From: Fibrobacterales bacterium
GTDB lineage: Bacteria; Fibrobacterota; Fibrobacteria; Fibrobacterales; JAOPTW01
DNA: 64,000 nt
Reading direction: 5' to 3'
Assembly: GCA_051532035.1 (NCBI GenBank)
Contig: JAOPTW010000006.1
Coordinates: forward strand, 160,001 to 224,000
Positions 29,694 to 39,806 of the stretch are shown here, piece after piece. Both the position numbers and the translations under genes were made by a program. The notes under the pieces are model-generated. The model did no database searches and had not been told where the DNA came from. It worked only from the letters and a program-made list of their open reading frames with translations. How positions within the stretch are numbered: the first letter of the stretch is position 1; each line of letters opens with the position of its first letter.

Positions 29694-31067
29694 ATGAATC
29701 ATGGCAGAAAACTACTCATACTGCTACTAACAACCCTCTATATGTCAGGATGGTCAGATGATGAGAGCATTGAGATACATGGAGCTATTTCTCAGAGCTT
29801 TATATACTCTAAGAATAATCACTACATCTTTGAAGGTTCAAAAGGAGGTTCTCTTGATTTCTCCGAAGCCTATATAAACTTTTCAAAACAATTTGGAAGT
29901 GACCTTCGTGTAGGACTTCAAATTGCAGCACGCAACTTTGGAACCCAAGAGGACTTTAGCCCCAAACTCGACTGGGCCTATGGAGATTACCGTCTCCATA
30001 GAACCATCGGTGTCAGGTTGGGTAAAGTAAAACTCCCCTTTGGGATATATAATGAAGCACGAGACATTGATTTTGCAAAAGCCTCAATCATACTCGATCA
30101 AGGGATCTACCCAGAAAACTTTAGACTAGTCATAAACTCCTACTCGGGAGGAAGTCTCTATGGAACCTTTAACATAAACGAAAAGAACAATGCTGAACTT
30201 GATTATGAAGTCTATTATGGCACAACAAGTATTCCTGAGAATTATCGCAGTATCCAATTTACTAGACGCAATTTCAATTCGCCTACTACTGATATGAATA
30301 ATGTTACTCTTTGGGGAACCTCTGCGCAACTACGCCCCTTCGACAACCTCCTCCTTGGCCATTCCTTCATGCACAATACTACGCACCTCAGTATCAACAG
30401 TTCAACGTTAAAAGACTTGGACGAAACAGGCAGTGGCTTTTTTGACTTCCCTGTCCCCTTCATAGAGAAAGCAGTAAAATCAAAATACACTGCCCACGTA
30501 CTCAGTGCTGAGATGCGTATAAAAAGCTTCACCCTAATCAGTGAATATGAATCGAGCTCCTTACACTCTTCTAATACTAAGGAATTCTCTGATGCAGTAT
30601 ATAATGGAATTTCAGCAAACTTTGAAAACACCGCCTACAGAGATGCTATTCTTGAAAGTGTCGGAATACCTGTTGCGGGCCTAGACTCACTCACACTCGT
30701 TCAAAGGGCTGCGGGATTAGCTCGAACATTTACCGATGAATTCTCTGCACCAATTGTTGCTGATAAATCATCATGGTATATACAAGCACTCTATCAACTG
30801 ACTGATGACCTTGGACTGTTCACGGGGTATGGGTACACCACCCAGTCCAACAATGCAAACATTAAACGACTCCAAGAGGAACAGAATACTAGAAAAGCCA
30901 AACAAAAAGATTATTCAATCGGTGTCAACTACTATGTTAGTGACAACTTCCTATTAAAAGGAGAGTATCACTATATTGATGGACTCTATGGCGTATATAA
31001 TCCCATGACTGATATGATGATTGACGATGGTAACCTTTGGCTTGCTCGCGCATCCTATTCATTTTGA
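29694..31067 (+). CDS. Outer-membrane beta-barrel (porin-like), copy 2
   Basis: Clear paralogue of 28353-29684; AGGAG RBS; C-terminal SYSF. Confidence 0.8.
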   Translation: MNHGRKLLILLLTTLYMSGWSDDESIEIHGAISQSFIYSKNNHYIFEGSKGGSLDFSEAYINFSKQFGSDLRVGLQIAARNFGTQEDFSPKLDWAYGDYRLHRTIGVRLGKVKLPFGIYNEARDIDFAKASIILDQGIYPENFRLVINSYSGGSLYGTFNINEKNNAELDYEVYYGTTSIPENYRSIQFTRRNFNSPTTDMNNVTLWGTSAQLRPFDNLLLGHSFMHNTTHLSINSSTLKDLDETGSGFFDFPVPFIEKAVKSKYTAHVLSAEMRIKSFTLISEYESSSLHSSNTKEFSDAVYNGISANFENTAYRDAILESVGIPVAGLDSLTLVQRAAGLARTFTDEFSAPIVADKSSWYIQALYQLTDDLGLFTGYGYTTQSNNANIKRLQEEQNTRKAKQKDYSIGVNYYVSDNFLLKGEYHYIDGLYGVYNPMTDMMIDDGNLWLARASYSF

Positions 31068-31074
31068 GGCCACC

Positions 31075-31539
31075 ATGAATCATTACTCTTACACCCCACC
31101 CCAAAAGCCTTTTTCAAAATCACTATATAAAGTGATACTACTACTGCTGTTTTTCGTTACCACCACTATGAGTTTTGCCAATGATATCGTAATTGTCGTT
31201 TCTAAAAGCAGTACCCTCACAAGCATTCAAGTCAGTGACTTAAAAAAACTTTATATTGGAAAAAATACCACCATAGATAAAACTTTTACCTCACCAATTA
31301 TTCAAAAAAACAAAACTGAACACAAACTATTTTTAGAGAAATATTTACACATGAATACCCGTCAATTTGCTCGTACATGGCAAAAACTCGTATTTACCGG
31401 TAAAGCACAAATGCCTCAAAAAGCAAATTCCTCTAAAGAGTTAATTAAATACCTTACAGATAGTCCCCATAGTATTGGCTATATGCTTGAAAGTCGTGTC
31501 ACTCCTGAGGTCAAGATTGTACCTATAAATGGATTGTAA
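31075..31539 (+). CDS. Small exported binding-protein-like protein, copy 2
   Basis: Shares VVSK, KKLY.GK, NTRQFAR.WQKLVFTGKAQMP with copy 1; GAGG RBS before ATG 31075. Confidence 0.8.
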   Translation: MNHYSYTPPQKPFSKSLYKVILLLLFFVTTTMSFANDIVIVVSKSSTLTSIQVSDLKKLYIGKNTTIDKTFTSPIIQKNKTEHKLFLEKYLHMNTRQFARTWQKLVFTGKAQMPQKANSSKELIKYLTDSPHSIGYMLESRVTPEVKIVPINGL

Positions 31540-31682
31540 GATGCGAACGCTCGTTTATATGAAACAAACTGAGATAAATTCTCATATTGAACTAACAAAA
31601 AATCTAAACCAAAAGATCAACTCACTATGATACGAATATTCTTTGCACTTTAATGCCGTACTCACCATAAAGTAACAACACT

Positions 31683-33299
31683 ATGACTCTACGTACCAAA
31701 TTTTTACTTGTTCTTATTCCTCTGCTAGTAGTTTCACTTTCAGCAGTAATCTTTGCAATCTATGGCAGCACCAATATTAAAATCAAAACAGGTTTCGTGA
31801 AGAATGACATTTTCCCTATCCTAAACAGAGCAGGTACTTTGAACGATTATATAAAGGCTACCAAATCTGGTTTTGTTGATGCTATTAATGGTGACGAATT
31901 TTTTGTTGATCAGATAACCCAAACCCAAAGTGCCTTTAATAAAGATATTGATACACTCTACAGTATCACCCAAGATTATGGACTCAAAGAAATTAAAATC
32001 AACTACAACAACTTTGTTTCCCTTGCCATCACCACAGGTACAAAGCTTGTAGAGAACCCTGATGAGTTCTCTGATGACATCAGTACTATTTCAGAGAAGG
32101 CACAAATTCTAAGCATTCAAATTGAATCCTACGTACAATCTAAAGAAAGACAATTGAATACTTCTCTGCTCTCTATTGATGCATCTTCTGAAGACTTTGT
32201 TAATGCATTTGTTATTGTAGGACTTTCACTCCTTATTGTAATAGTTATTCTCACAAGAATTATCCTCTCCTCTACACGAACCATTCGTAATCTTGCTACC
32301 GATGCTGAGGGACTCTCAAAGGGGGATCTCAAAAAAGAAATTCCAACCACACGATCAGATGAGTTGGGTATTCTGGAAGGGAGTTTTGAGCGTATGCGTT
32401 CATCACTCAATGGCCTCATTAATAATCTTGAATCAAAAGTCGAAGATCGCACAAAAGATATCAATCGTAAAAATAAAGCACTCAACGACACTCTCAGTAA
32501 ACTGAAGCAAGCCCAAACTCAACTAATTCAATCTGAAAAAATGGTATCACTCGGTCAACTCACGGCCGGTATCGCTCACGAAATCAACAACCCCATCAAT
32601 TTTGTTCTCAATGGCATTACCCCACTTGAATCAAACATTGTCGACCTCTTTGACCTCATCAAACTGTATATGCAGTACCACAAAGAACCATCAGAGGCAC
32701 TTGTCGAAAAAATAGTAGATCTAAAAGATGACATTGAATACGATGACCTTGAACCAGAAATCATGCAGCTCTGTAACAGTATAAAAATTGGCGCTAAACG
32801 AACTTCGGAAATTGTCAATGGGTTGCGCACCTTTTCACGCACAGATGAGTCTGATAAAAAAATGGCCGATATTCACGAAGGCATCGATTCAACACTTGCC
32901 ATCCTCAATCCAAAAATGAAAGGAAGAGTTGATGTTATAAAAGAGTATGGCCCCATCCCCCACATAGAGTGTTTTCCAGGACAACTCAATCAGGTCTTTA
33001 TGAATGTTCTCGCCAATGCTCATCAAGCTATCGGCGAAAACAAAGGGACTATCACTGTAGCAACTAAAAAGGTTGATGACAATCATGTTACAGTAACCAT
33101 TACGGATTCAGGTCCCGGCATGACTGAAGACACAAAAGAAAAGATTTTTGAACCGTTCTTTACAACCAAAGATGTAGGAGAAGGCACGGGTCTCGGTATG
33201 TCAATTACCTTTGGTATTATTCAGAAACACAATGGGTCAATTACTATAGATTCAGAAATTGGTGTTGGCACGACTTTCACCATCACTCTTCCAATGTAA
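31683..33299 (+). CDS. Membrane sensor histidine kinase (periplasmic helical domain, HAMP, NtrB-like core)
   Basis: Two TM helices, HAMP ([15 protein letters not shown]), [37 protein letters not shown]. Confidence 0.93.
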   Translation: MTLRTKFLLVLIPLLVVSLSAVIFAIYGSTNIKIKTGFVKNDIFPILNRAGTLNDYIKATKSGFVDAINGDEFFVDQITQTQSAFNKDIDTLYSITQDYGLKEIKINYNNFVSLAITTGTKLVENPDEFSDDISTISEKAQILSIQIESYVQSKERQLNTSLLSIDASSEDFVNAFVIVGLSLLIVIVILTRIILSSTRTIRNLATDAEGLSKGDLKKEIPTTRSDELGILEGSFERMRSSLNGLINNLESKVEDRTKDINRKNKALNDTLSKLKQAQTQLIQSEKMVSLGQLTAGIAHEINNPINFVLNGITPLESNIVDLFDLIKLYMQYHKEPSEALVEKIVDLKDDIEYDDLEPEIMQLCNSIKIGAKRTSEIVNGLRTFSRTDESDKKMADIHEGIDSTLAILNPKMKGRVDVIKEYGPIPHIECFPGQLNQVFMNVLANAHQAIGENKGTITVATKKVDDNHVTVTITDSGPGMTEDTKEKIFEPFFTTKDVGEGTGLGMSITFGIIQKHNGSITIDSEIGVGTTFTITLPM

Positions 33300-33374
33300 C
33301 TAAAACAGATTGTACTCCCTTTCCCTGCCCAGCAATGTTTGCCCAGTGGGCAAACGAGCAAATACAAACTTCGA

Positions 33375-33463
33375 TAGAGAGTAGGTGGCTTCAAGGCGGA
33401 GCGACTGCAGGCGTACAAATGGTACGTCAAGAGAACTCCAACGCTGAAGATGCCTGCTATTTA
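33375..33463 (+). repeat. Structured TA-flanked intergenic element, copy A (MITE-like or RNA motif)
   Basis: 18-bp imperfect outer stem, AAGGC/AACGC internal loop, GGAG/CTCC stem, GGCGTAC-N5-GTACGTC apical hairpin; same fold as 45430-45533. Confidence 0.65.
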
Positions 33464-34594
33464 GAATGCTTCGCGAATGTAGACCGTCAAGCTTAGACCT
33501 GATTTTTGTACATACGAAATATCAGCCCGTACATTAAACTTATTTTGAGGATTCAGTGCGAGCCGCCCCCCTAAACCAATAGAGTAAAGAGTCTCACCCA
33601 TTTCAAAGTCAGCCTGTTGCCCCCACACTTGAAAAGCTTCGGCAAAGGTCACTATTCCTAAACGCCACAAAAGCTCCCGACGATATTCAGCCCCAACACT
33701 TACAAGATTATTATCTCGGTAACGTCCTGACTCAATTCCTCGCATTTCATAGATGCCATCTGGTGTAGCAAGAGCTCTAAACGGGATAGCATCGCCATAA
33801 TTAACATGGTTATGAACCATTGTTGCAATAGCTCCAGAACCAACAGGAAAATACTTAGATGCTTTAAAGCGGTATTTTAAGAAGTTGTACTCACTCCCTA
33901 TTTTTTTATGATACCCAAAAGTTTCCAATGTTACATATTCACCTGCAGTAGCCCAATATTGATGATTTTTATTATCATAGGTTACAACAAACCCAAGACC
34001 ATTAGTACGAGCGCCATGACCACCAACTGTTGTTGGGTTGTCGAGAATACTCCCACTCTCTTTTGGAGTTATATCTTCCTGAGTATACTCCATTGTTACA
34101 CCAGCATACAACCCTGGAAGGAATTCTTTTTCAAGTAAAAACTCAATGCCATAATTGGTTGCATCAAATGCGGTTGAATCTTCTTTCCCACCCATGCCCA
34201 CACCGTAATAATTAGCGGGCCAAATGCTATAAAAAAAGTATGTCTGCATATGGTAAGAATCCCAATACATGTCAGGTTTTGCCGAAACTTCCATCTGATT
34301 TTTAAGAGTATAAAAAGCGGCAGTCTCAACTGAAGAGGCATTGTCATTCGGTTTTTCGGGTTTAAAAAAATGTGCTGCGAAAACTCCCAAACGCCAGGAT
34401 GTCTCTGTTGAGGAAACAATTATCGGAAGCAGTGCCCATTTTTGAAACGCCTCTTCACTTGTTTCATTCGCTAATATCTCTACGCTATCAGTGCTATCTT
34501 TGTCACTACCAACAACAGTCGTATCACTTTTATTTTGTGACCATCCTATAGCGCAAAGCGCAAAGAGCCACGCAATACATACTTGTTTCTTCAT
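33461..34594 (-). CDS. Omp85/BamA-TamA-family barrel protein without POTRA domains
   Basis: Signal peptide; MRGIESGRYRD, AEYRR, GLGGR, NVRADI; C-terminal REAF. Confidence 0.78.
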   Translation of the reverse strand: MKKQVCIAWLFALCAIGWSQNKSDTTVVGSDKDSTDSVEILANETSEEAFQKWALLPIIVSSTETSWRLGVFAAHFFKPEKPNDNASSVETAAFYTLKNQMEVSAKPDMYWDSYHMQTYFFYSIWPANYYGVGMGGKEDSTAFDATNYGIEFLLEKEFLPGLYAGVTMEYTQEDITPKESGSILDNPTTVGGHGARTNGLGFVVTYDNKNHQYWATAGEYVTLETFGYHKKIGSEYNFLKYRFKASKYFPVGSGAIATMVHNHVNYGDAIPFRALATPDGIYEMRGIESGRYRDNNLVSVGAEYRRELLWRLGIVTFAEAFQVWGQQADFEMGETLYSIGLGGRLALNPQNKFNVRADISYVQKSGLSLTVYIREAF

Positions 34595-34596
34595 TG

Positions 34597-35616
34597 TTAA
34601 TCCTCAGTTTCATCAGGAAACTGTTCACGCAATTTGTAGAGACAGTCTTGGAGAGACGAACGAATTTCACCTACCGTTTTTTTCATCACCATGCTTGCTG
34701 TTTGCTCAGGCTCTTCATTTCTATGCCCTTGACGTATTTTACCATAGATCATATCATAGAGCTTGTTGATCCGGCTCTTCCAATCACCAGTATAATTCCA
34801 CTTCACCTTTAGTAAATTCATGTCCGACTTTTTCCACAGTTTAACCGCTGTAGGAAAAGCGACATCAAGAATTGCAGAGATCAATACGACATTTGGATCA
34901 TTAAACCCATTCTTCCGTTCTCCAGAATTTATATAAAACTCACACTCATTACGGGTGAAGTATTTTTCGAGTTGACCAAGCGCTTCAGCAGTCTCTTCTA
35001 CATCACTTGAAAATACCGTAAAACCTGCATCACAATTACTATCCCAATCATTAGCAAAGCGCGGTAACAAGATACCGAGTTGTTGATGCATTAATTTAAA
35101 ATGAGTAAAAAAACAGAACCTTCCATCGACAAATCGATCGAGGGTAAAAAAGAGGCCATCAAGTTTTACATGCATCGAAGAGGGAAGATCCCTCCCGTGT
35201 TCTTGTTCATGAGATTTTTGTAAAAAGGCAAGAGCCCCCTTCCAATCAAACTCAGTTCGATCATGGGCAAATGAAGGAGCGCCAATCTCCTCATTACAGA
35301 TAACACAGACTTGAGGTGCTTCGGATGAGATGTCAACCGAAAATGAGTGACCACATTTCCGGCAGACAATATAAAATGAGTCCATGTTTCTATTGAGTAG
35401 CTTTGCATCATGCTCTAATCTGAGTGCCGAATTGCCCAGTGTGCGATACGCATCATTTATCAAGAGCATTTTACTCGACGCAATTTGCTTAATTTCTACA
35501 CCCAGTGTTGCAACTTTATCAGGATGATACTGTTTGCTTTTATCTCGATAAGCTTTATGTATCTCTTCCTGAATAGCATCGGGCGCTATTCCCAATAGTT
35601 TATAATAATCTACCAT
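34597..35616 (-). CDS. DnaJ-domain protein with zinc ribbon
   Basis: DYYKLLG, YHPDK, INDAYRTL; CRKC...CVIC; start moved to ATG 35616. Confidence 0.8.
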   Translation of the reverse strand: MVDYYKLLGIAPDAIQEEIHKAYRDKSKQYHPDKVATLGVEIKQIASSKMLLINDAYRTLGNSALRLEHDAKLLNRNMDSFYIVCRKCGHSFSVDISSEAPQVCVICNEEIGAPSFAHDRTEFDWKGALAFLQKSHEQEHGRDLPSSMHVKLDGLFFTLDRFVDGRFCFFTHFKLMHQQLGILLPRFANDWDSNCDAGFTVFSSDVEETAEALGQLEKYFTRNECEFYINSGERKNGFNDPNVVLISAILDVAFPTAVKLWKKSDMNLLKVKWNYTGDWKSRINKLYDMIYGKIRQGHRNEEPEQTASMVMKKTVGEIRSSLQDCLYKLREQFPDETED

Positions 35617-35621
35617 AGTAC

Positions 35622-36617
35622 TCACGTATTTTTTACCACTCCATTTGCTAAGTAGGCCTTCCACGTTGACTCAAGAAGGGTCTTTACATCACTACACTCT
35701 GCCTTCCAGCCCAGAAGATCAAACGCTTTCTGAGACGAAGCATACAGATCTGCAGGGTCGCCTGCCCGTCTTCCCACAATATCATAGGCAATATTTCGGC
35801 CTGTAATCTCTTTTGCTGTATTGATCATCTCAAGTACACTGACACCGTTTCCAGTACCTAAATTTACCGTCAAACTTTTATTCTCTTTTTCAATATATTG
35901 AAGACTCATAACGTGTGCACGAGCAAGATCTGTTACATGGATATAATCACGTACACCAGTCCCATCAACCGTATCATAGTCATCACCAAATACCATTAAT
36001 TTCTCACGCATTCCCGCAGCTGCTTCCATCACCACAGGAAGTAAATTTGCGGGTCCTTTTTCAAGGCCACTGCATTCACCGGTCACATCATACCCTGCAG
36101 CATTAAAATAGCGAAGTGCTGCGTACTTCACCCCTTTAAGCTCGTCGTACCACTTCATGAACCGTTCAATTTCGAGTTTCGTAAAACCGTAATAATTCTC
36201 AGGATTAGTAGGATGATTTTCATCCATAGGGAGATATTCAGGTGCACCATAGGTCGCTGCTGATGATGAGAAAACAATCGCCTTAATGCCACACTCAGAA
36301 CAGGCGTTTAATATATTGACCGACCCTGTAATATTATTAACTGAATATTTTTCCGGTGCTTCCATAGACTCACCCGCAGCTTTCAAGGCCGCAAGATGTA
36401 TCACTGCATCAATATTCTTACTCTTCATCGTCTCGACGAGTGTATCATAATCGAGAATGTCAGCTTCAACTAACGTTGAATCACGGAGAATATTTGACTT
36501 AAAGCCCGATGATAAATTGTCGTATACCACAACAGTATAATCATTATCAAGAAGTTCTTTTGAAACATGTGAGCCAATATATCCTGCTCCGCCAATTACT
36601 AATACGTTTTTCATCAC
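35622..36617 (-). CDS. galE: UDP-glucose 4-epimerase
   Basis: GGAGYIGSH, HLAALKAAGES, FSSSAATYG, YGFTK, LRYFNAAG, RDYIHVTDLA, RRAGDP. Confidence 0.95.
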   Translation of the reverse strand: MMKNVLVIGGAGYIGSHVSKELLDNDYTVVVYDNLSSGFKSNILRDSTLVEADILDYDTLVETMKSKNIDAVIHLAALKAAGESMEAPEKYSVNNITGSVNILNACSECGIKAIVFSSSAATYGAPEYLPMDENHPTNPENYYGFTKLEIERFMKWYDELKGVKYAALRYFNAAGYDVTGECSGLEKGPANLLPVVMEAAAGMREKLMVFGDDYDTVDGTGVRDYIHVTDLARAHVMSLQYIEKENKSLTVNLGTGNGVSVLEMINTAKEITGRNIAYDIVGRRAGDPADLYASSQKAFDLLGWKAECSDVKTLLESTWKAYLANGVVKNT

Positions 36618-36677
36618 TTACCTTATTGAGAGTAAGTTATACGCTATGTTACTTACCCATTTGGTTACATTTATACT

Positions 36678-37814
36678 ATGCAGTGTCCAAAATGTCATAC
36701 TCAACAAACACAGAAGAGTCAGACCTGCTCATACTGTGGTGCTCCGCTCAATCCCTATCGTACCCTCATAGGGGTAGTCGGATTGGTTATTGCACTTATC
36801 ACCACATTCCTTCTCTTAAATATGCATAATTCTTCCGAGGATTACCCCAAATTTGGCCAAAATTTGCCTGATTCGCCAATAATTGACATAATTGACACAA
36901 GTAACACCAACCCAAAGAGCATGATCACACTCTGGAATACCGGCCACTACAATGAAGCCTTTCAACAGGCACTCAAAGTGGGCAGCAGAGATACCCTCAA
37001 CCTTACAGCACAGTATATTCAAGCACTCTTTTGGTATAATTCCGGAGGCATTGATCGCTCCCTCAGATTTTTCACAAAGCTCCAATCCGACACTACCTAC
37101 AGAGATAATGTACTCGTCTGGATTAAGAAAATCAGGCTCAAGCAAGCCGAACGCGACAGACTCAGCCGCTGTGCATCTGAACACTTTTTTATCCGCTATG
37201 AAGGAACGACCGCTTTTTCCTATTGTGACACCATAATCACCCTTTTTGAAAATGCGGCATCAACACTATCACAAAAACTCTCCTATTACCCTGTAGACCC
37301 ATTTGAAGTGATTCTCTTTCATGACCCCATATTCAAAGGACTCCACACCATTCCCGAGTGGGCTGCCGCTCACTTTGATGGCGCTATTAGAATCCCTGTA
37401 CAGTCACTTACCACATACCCATCCCTTAAAACACTTGTGATTCACGAGCTCACTCATGCCTACCTTTCCCAGATCAATCCACTCATTCCCTCATGGATTC
37501 ACGAAGGTACCGCTCAGTATTTTGATCAAACTCATACAGACTCATCACTTGTCACCGCCATGACATGGCCAACACCATCAACTATGCAACTCCCCTTTTC
37601 TACTGCAACAGAACATACTCAAGTGTCCCTTAGGTATCACATTGCCCTCCAGTTGATTACAACACTGTTTAACAATAACCCCATCCAACTATTTAAGCCA
37701 TTTGTTATTGAGTACGATAAAGAAAAGCCCGATTACGCTCTTAAAAAGCACTATGATATTACCTTCGAAAAGCTATATTCTGTAACACACGCTCGTTGGA
37801 GACCTGAAGAATGA
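36678..37814 (+). CDS. Zinc ribbon / TM / TPR-like / gluzincin (peptidase MA-like) protein
   Basis: CPKC..CSYC, one TM helix, HELTH and downstream [10 protein letters not shown]. Confidence 0.75.
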   Translation: MQCPKCHTQQTQKSQTCSYCGAPLNPYRTLIGVVGLVIALITTFLLLNMHNSSEDYPKFGQNLPDSPIIDIIDTSNTNPKSMITLWNTGHYNEAFQQALKVGSRDTLNLTAQYIQALFWYNSGGIDRSLRFFTKLQSDTTYRDNVLVWIKKIRLKQAERDRLSRCASEHFFIRYEGTTAFSYCDTIITLFENAASTLSQKLSYYPVDPFEVILFHDPIFKGLHTIPEWAAAHFDGAIRIPVQSLTTYPSLKTLVIHELTHAYLSQINPLIPSWIHEGTAQYFDQTHTDSSLVTAMTWPTPSTMQLPFSTATEHTQVSLRYHIALQLITTLFNNNPIQLFKPFVIEYDKEKPDYALKKHYDITFEKLYSVTHARWRPEE

Positions 37815-39103
37815 CTGAAACGACTATTGCAAAACTTCCCGAACACATTGACTCACAAGTAACCCTTTTTGGTTGGGCATGGCACCAGCGTGGCAGCGGG
37901 AAAGTCCGTTTCATAAAAGTACGTGACGGGAGTGGTTTTGTACAAGCAGTTGTTGGTAAAGAAGATGTGGGAGAAACGATATTCGATGTTGCACGCCATA
38001 TCTCACAAGAGTCATCCATCAAAATAGTTGCCACCGTCGTTACCAATGATCGAGACCCTCTTGGTGTTGAACTCCTCGTGTCACACATAGAGGTTATTAA
38101 CGAGTCCAAGGATTACCCTATTACACCCAAAGAGCACGGCACCGATTTTTTAATGGATAACCGGCATCTCTGGCTTCGCTCTCCAAGACAACATGCAATT
38201 CTTCAAGTACGTCACCAAATTATCACATCAGTGCGGAGTTATTTCGACAGTGATGGGTTTACCTTGGTCGATGCCCCTATTTTTACACCCAATGCTTGCG
38301 AAGGCACAAGCAACCTCTTCGAGACCGACTACTTTGGCCAATCAGCCTACCTTTCGCAAAGTGGACAACTCTACATGGAAGCCGCAGCAATGGCCGTCGG
38401 TAAAGCGTACTGTTTTGGCCCAACCTTTAGAGCAGAAAACTCAAATACACGCCGTCATCTGACTGAGTTCTGGATGGTTGAACCTGAAGTTGCCTATCTT
38501 GAACTCGATGGTGATATGGACCTTGCTGAGGGACTCTTACAAAAAATCATAACCGATGTTTTAGCCAATTGCCCCATCCAACTCGAGACCCTCAAGCGTG
38601 ATACTGCACTCCTTAAAAAAGGCCTCACCCCCTTTGCACGAATCTCTTACGATGAAGCTGTTGCAATTCTAAAATCTGAAGGGGTCGATTTTACTTGGGG
38701 GGATGACTTTGGTGGTGGAGACGAAACCGTAATATCGAGTAAATTCGAAACACCGGTCATTGTACACCGCTACCCCGCTGATATTAAACCATTTTATATG
38801 AAAAAAGATCCTGAAAACCCCAAAGTATGCCTCAATATGGATATTCTCGCCCCCGAAGGGTATGGTGAGATTGTCGGAGGCAGTGAACGCGAGGCTTCTC
38901 TCGATGTACTTCTTGAAGGCATAAAAAAACATGATCTCGATCCAGAAATTTTTGACTGGTACCTCGACCTCAGAAAATATGGTTCGGTCCCTCATGCTGG
39001 CTTTGGCCTAGGAATTGAGCGCACTGTTGCATGGATATGCGGACTTTCTCATGTGAGAGAAACAATCCCTTTCCCTCGACTTCCTCGAAGGATCCGCCCT
39101 TAA
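37811..39103 (+). CDS. asnS: Asparagine--tRNA ligase
   Basis: [59 protein letters not shown]. Confidence 0.96.
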   Translation: MTETTIAKLPEHIDSQVTLFGWAWHQRGSGKVRFIKVRDGSGFVQAVVGKEDVGETIFDVARHISQESSIKIVATVVTNDRDPLGVELLVSHIEVINESKDYPITPKEHGTDFLMDNRHLWLRSPRQHAILQVRHQIITSVRSYFDSDGFTLVDAPIFTPNACEGTSNLFETDYFGQSAYLSQSGQLYMEAAAMAVGKAYCFGPTFRAENSNTRRHLTEFWMVEPEVAYLELDGDMDLAEGLLQKIITDVLANCPIQLETLKRDTALLKKGLTPFARISYDEAVAILKSEGVDFTWGDDFGGGDETVISSKFETPVIVHRYPADIKPFYMKKDPENPKVCLNMDILAPEGYGEIVGGSEREASLDVLLEGIKKHDLDPEIFDWYLDLRKYGSVPHAGFGLGIERTVAWICGLSHVRETIPFPRLPRRIRP

Positions 39104-39104
39104 T

Positions 39105-39126
39105 ACCCCTTCAAAGGGGTTAATTT
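39105..39126 (+). terminator. Hairpin terminator after asnS
   Basis: ACCCCT-TCAA-AGGGGT followed by a T-rich tail. Confidence 0.55.
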
Positions 39127-39203
39127 CGGCATTTTTGAGCAACATAGGCCAATTAATAGCCTCTTTTCATTCATTTTGTTATTTTATATCCAACAGAATA
39201 ACC

Positions 39204-39743
39204 ATGGTAAATCCGATGAAATTTATTGTACTCCTTATGGCTGCGCTCCTTACAAGTACCGTTAGCGCACAACGTCTCCCTGTAGAAGTTACTGGTCCTG
39301 TACCAGAAATTGATAAAAATGGCATTGAGCAGGTAATGGATTTTTCAGTACCTCTGACAGGCATCTCCGATCAAGGTCTCAAATTTAACACCTTCAAAAA
39401 CCGCCCTCTCTTTATTTTCTACTTCTCTGCAAAATGTCCTCACTGTCAAAAGACCTATCCGAAAATCCAAAAGATCTCTGATGAATACACCGCTAAAGGC
39501 CTGACAACTATTGCAGTAGCCGTTTCGGGTAACAAAAAATCAGACATCAGAACATTCATACGCGACACTGGAGTACGTGTCCCGATGCTTCAAGACAAAG
39601 ACCGCAAATTCTCTGATGCGTATGGTACCGGAAGTGTTCCTCTTGGTGTGTTGGTATTACCTAATGGGCGCTATATTCGTTATAAAAGTCTTGGTGCAGA
39701 GCTCGAACATTTAAAGAGTCAGCTTGATAAACTTTCAAAATAA
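39204..39743 (+). CDS. Exported TlpA/ResA-like thiol-disulfide oxidoreductase
   Basis: Signal peptide; FYFSAKCPHC; GSVP cis-Pro region; start may be 39216. Confidence 0.82.
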   Translation: MVNPMKFIVLLMAALLTSTVSAQRLPVEVTGPVPEIDKNGIEQVMDFSVPLTGISDQGLKFNTFKNRPLFIFYFSAKCPHCQKTYPKIQKISDEYTAKGLTTIAVAVSGNKKSDIRTFIRDTGVRVPMLQDKDRKFSDAYGTGSVPLGVLVLPNGRYIRYKSLGAELEHLKSQLDKLSK

Positions 39744-39806
39744 TCGCATCACAAAAGTTCTTTATAATGCTGCTCCTCAGGGCAGCATTTTTTGTATCTG
39801 TACCCT

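Noticed and set aside
27922..31539. Calling the small exported proteins PstS of a phosphate ABC transporter
   Set aside because: About half the length of PstS, and no pstCAB/phoU in the window
31636..31662. Sigma28 promoter before the HAMP kinase (GCCGTACT)
   Set aside because: No TAAA-like -35 element at the correct spacing
33221..33430. 69-aa minus-strand ORF across the structured element
   Set aside because: Overlaps the kinase 3' end antisense; better explained by the non-coding element
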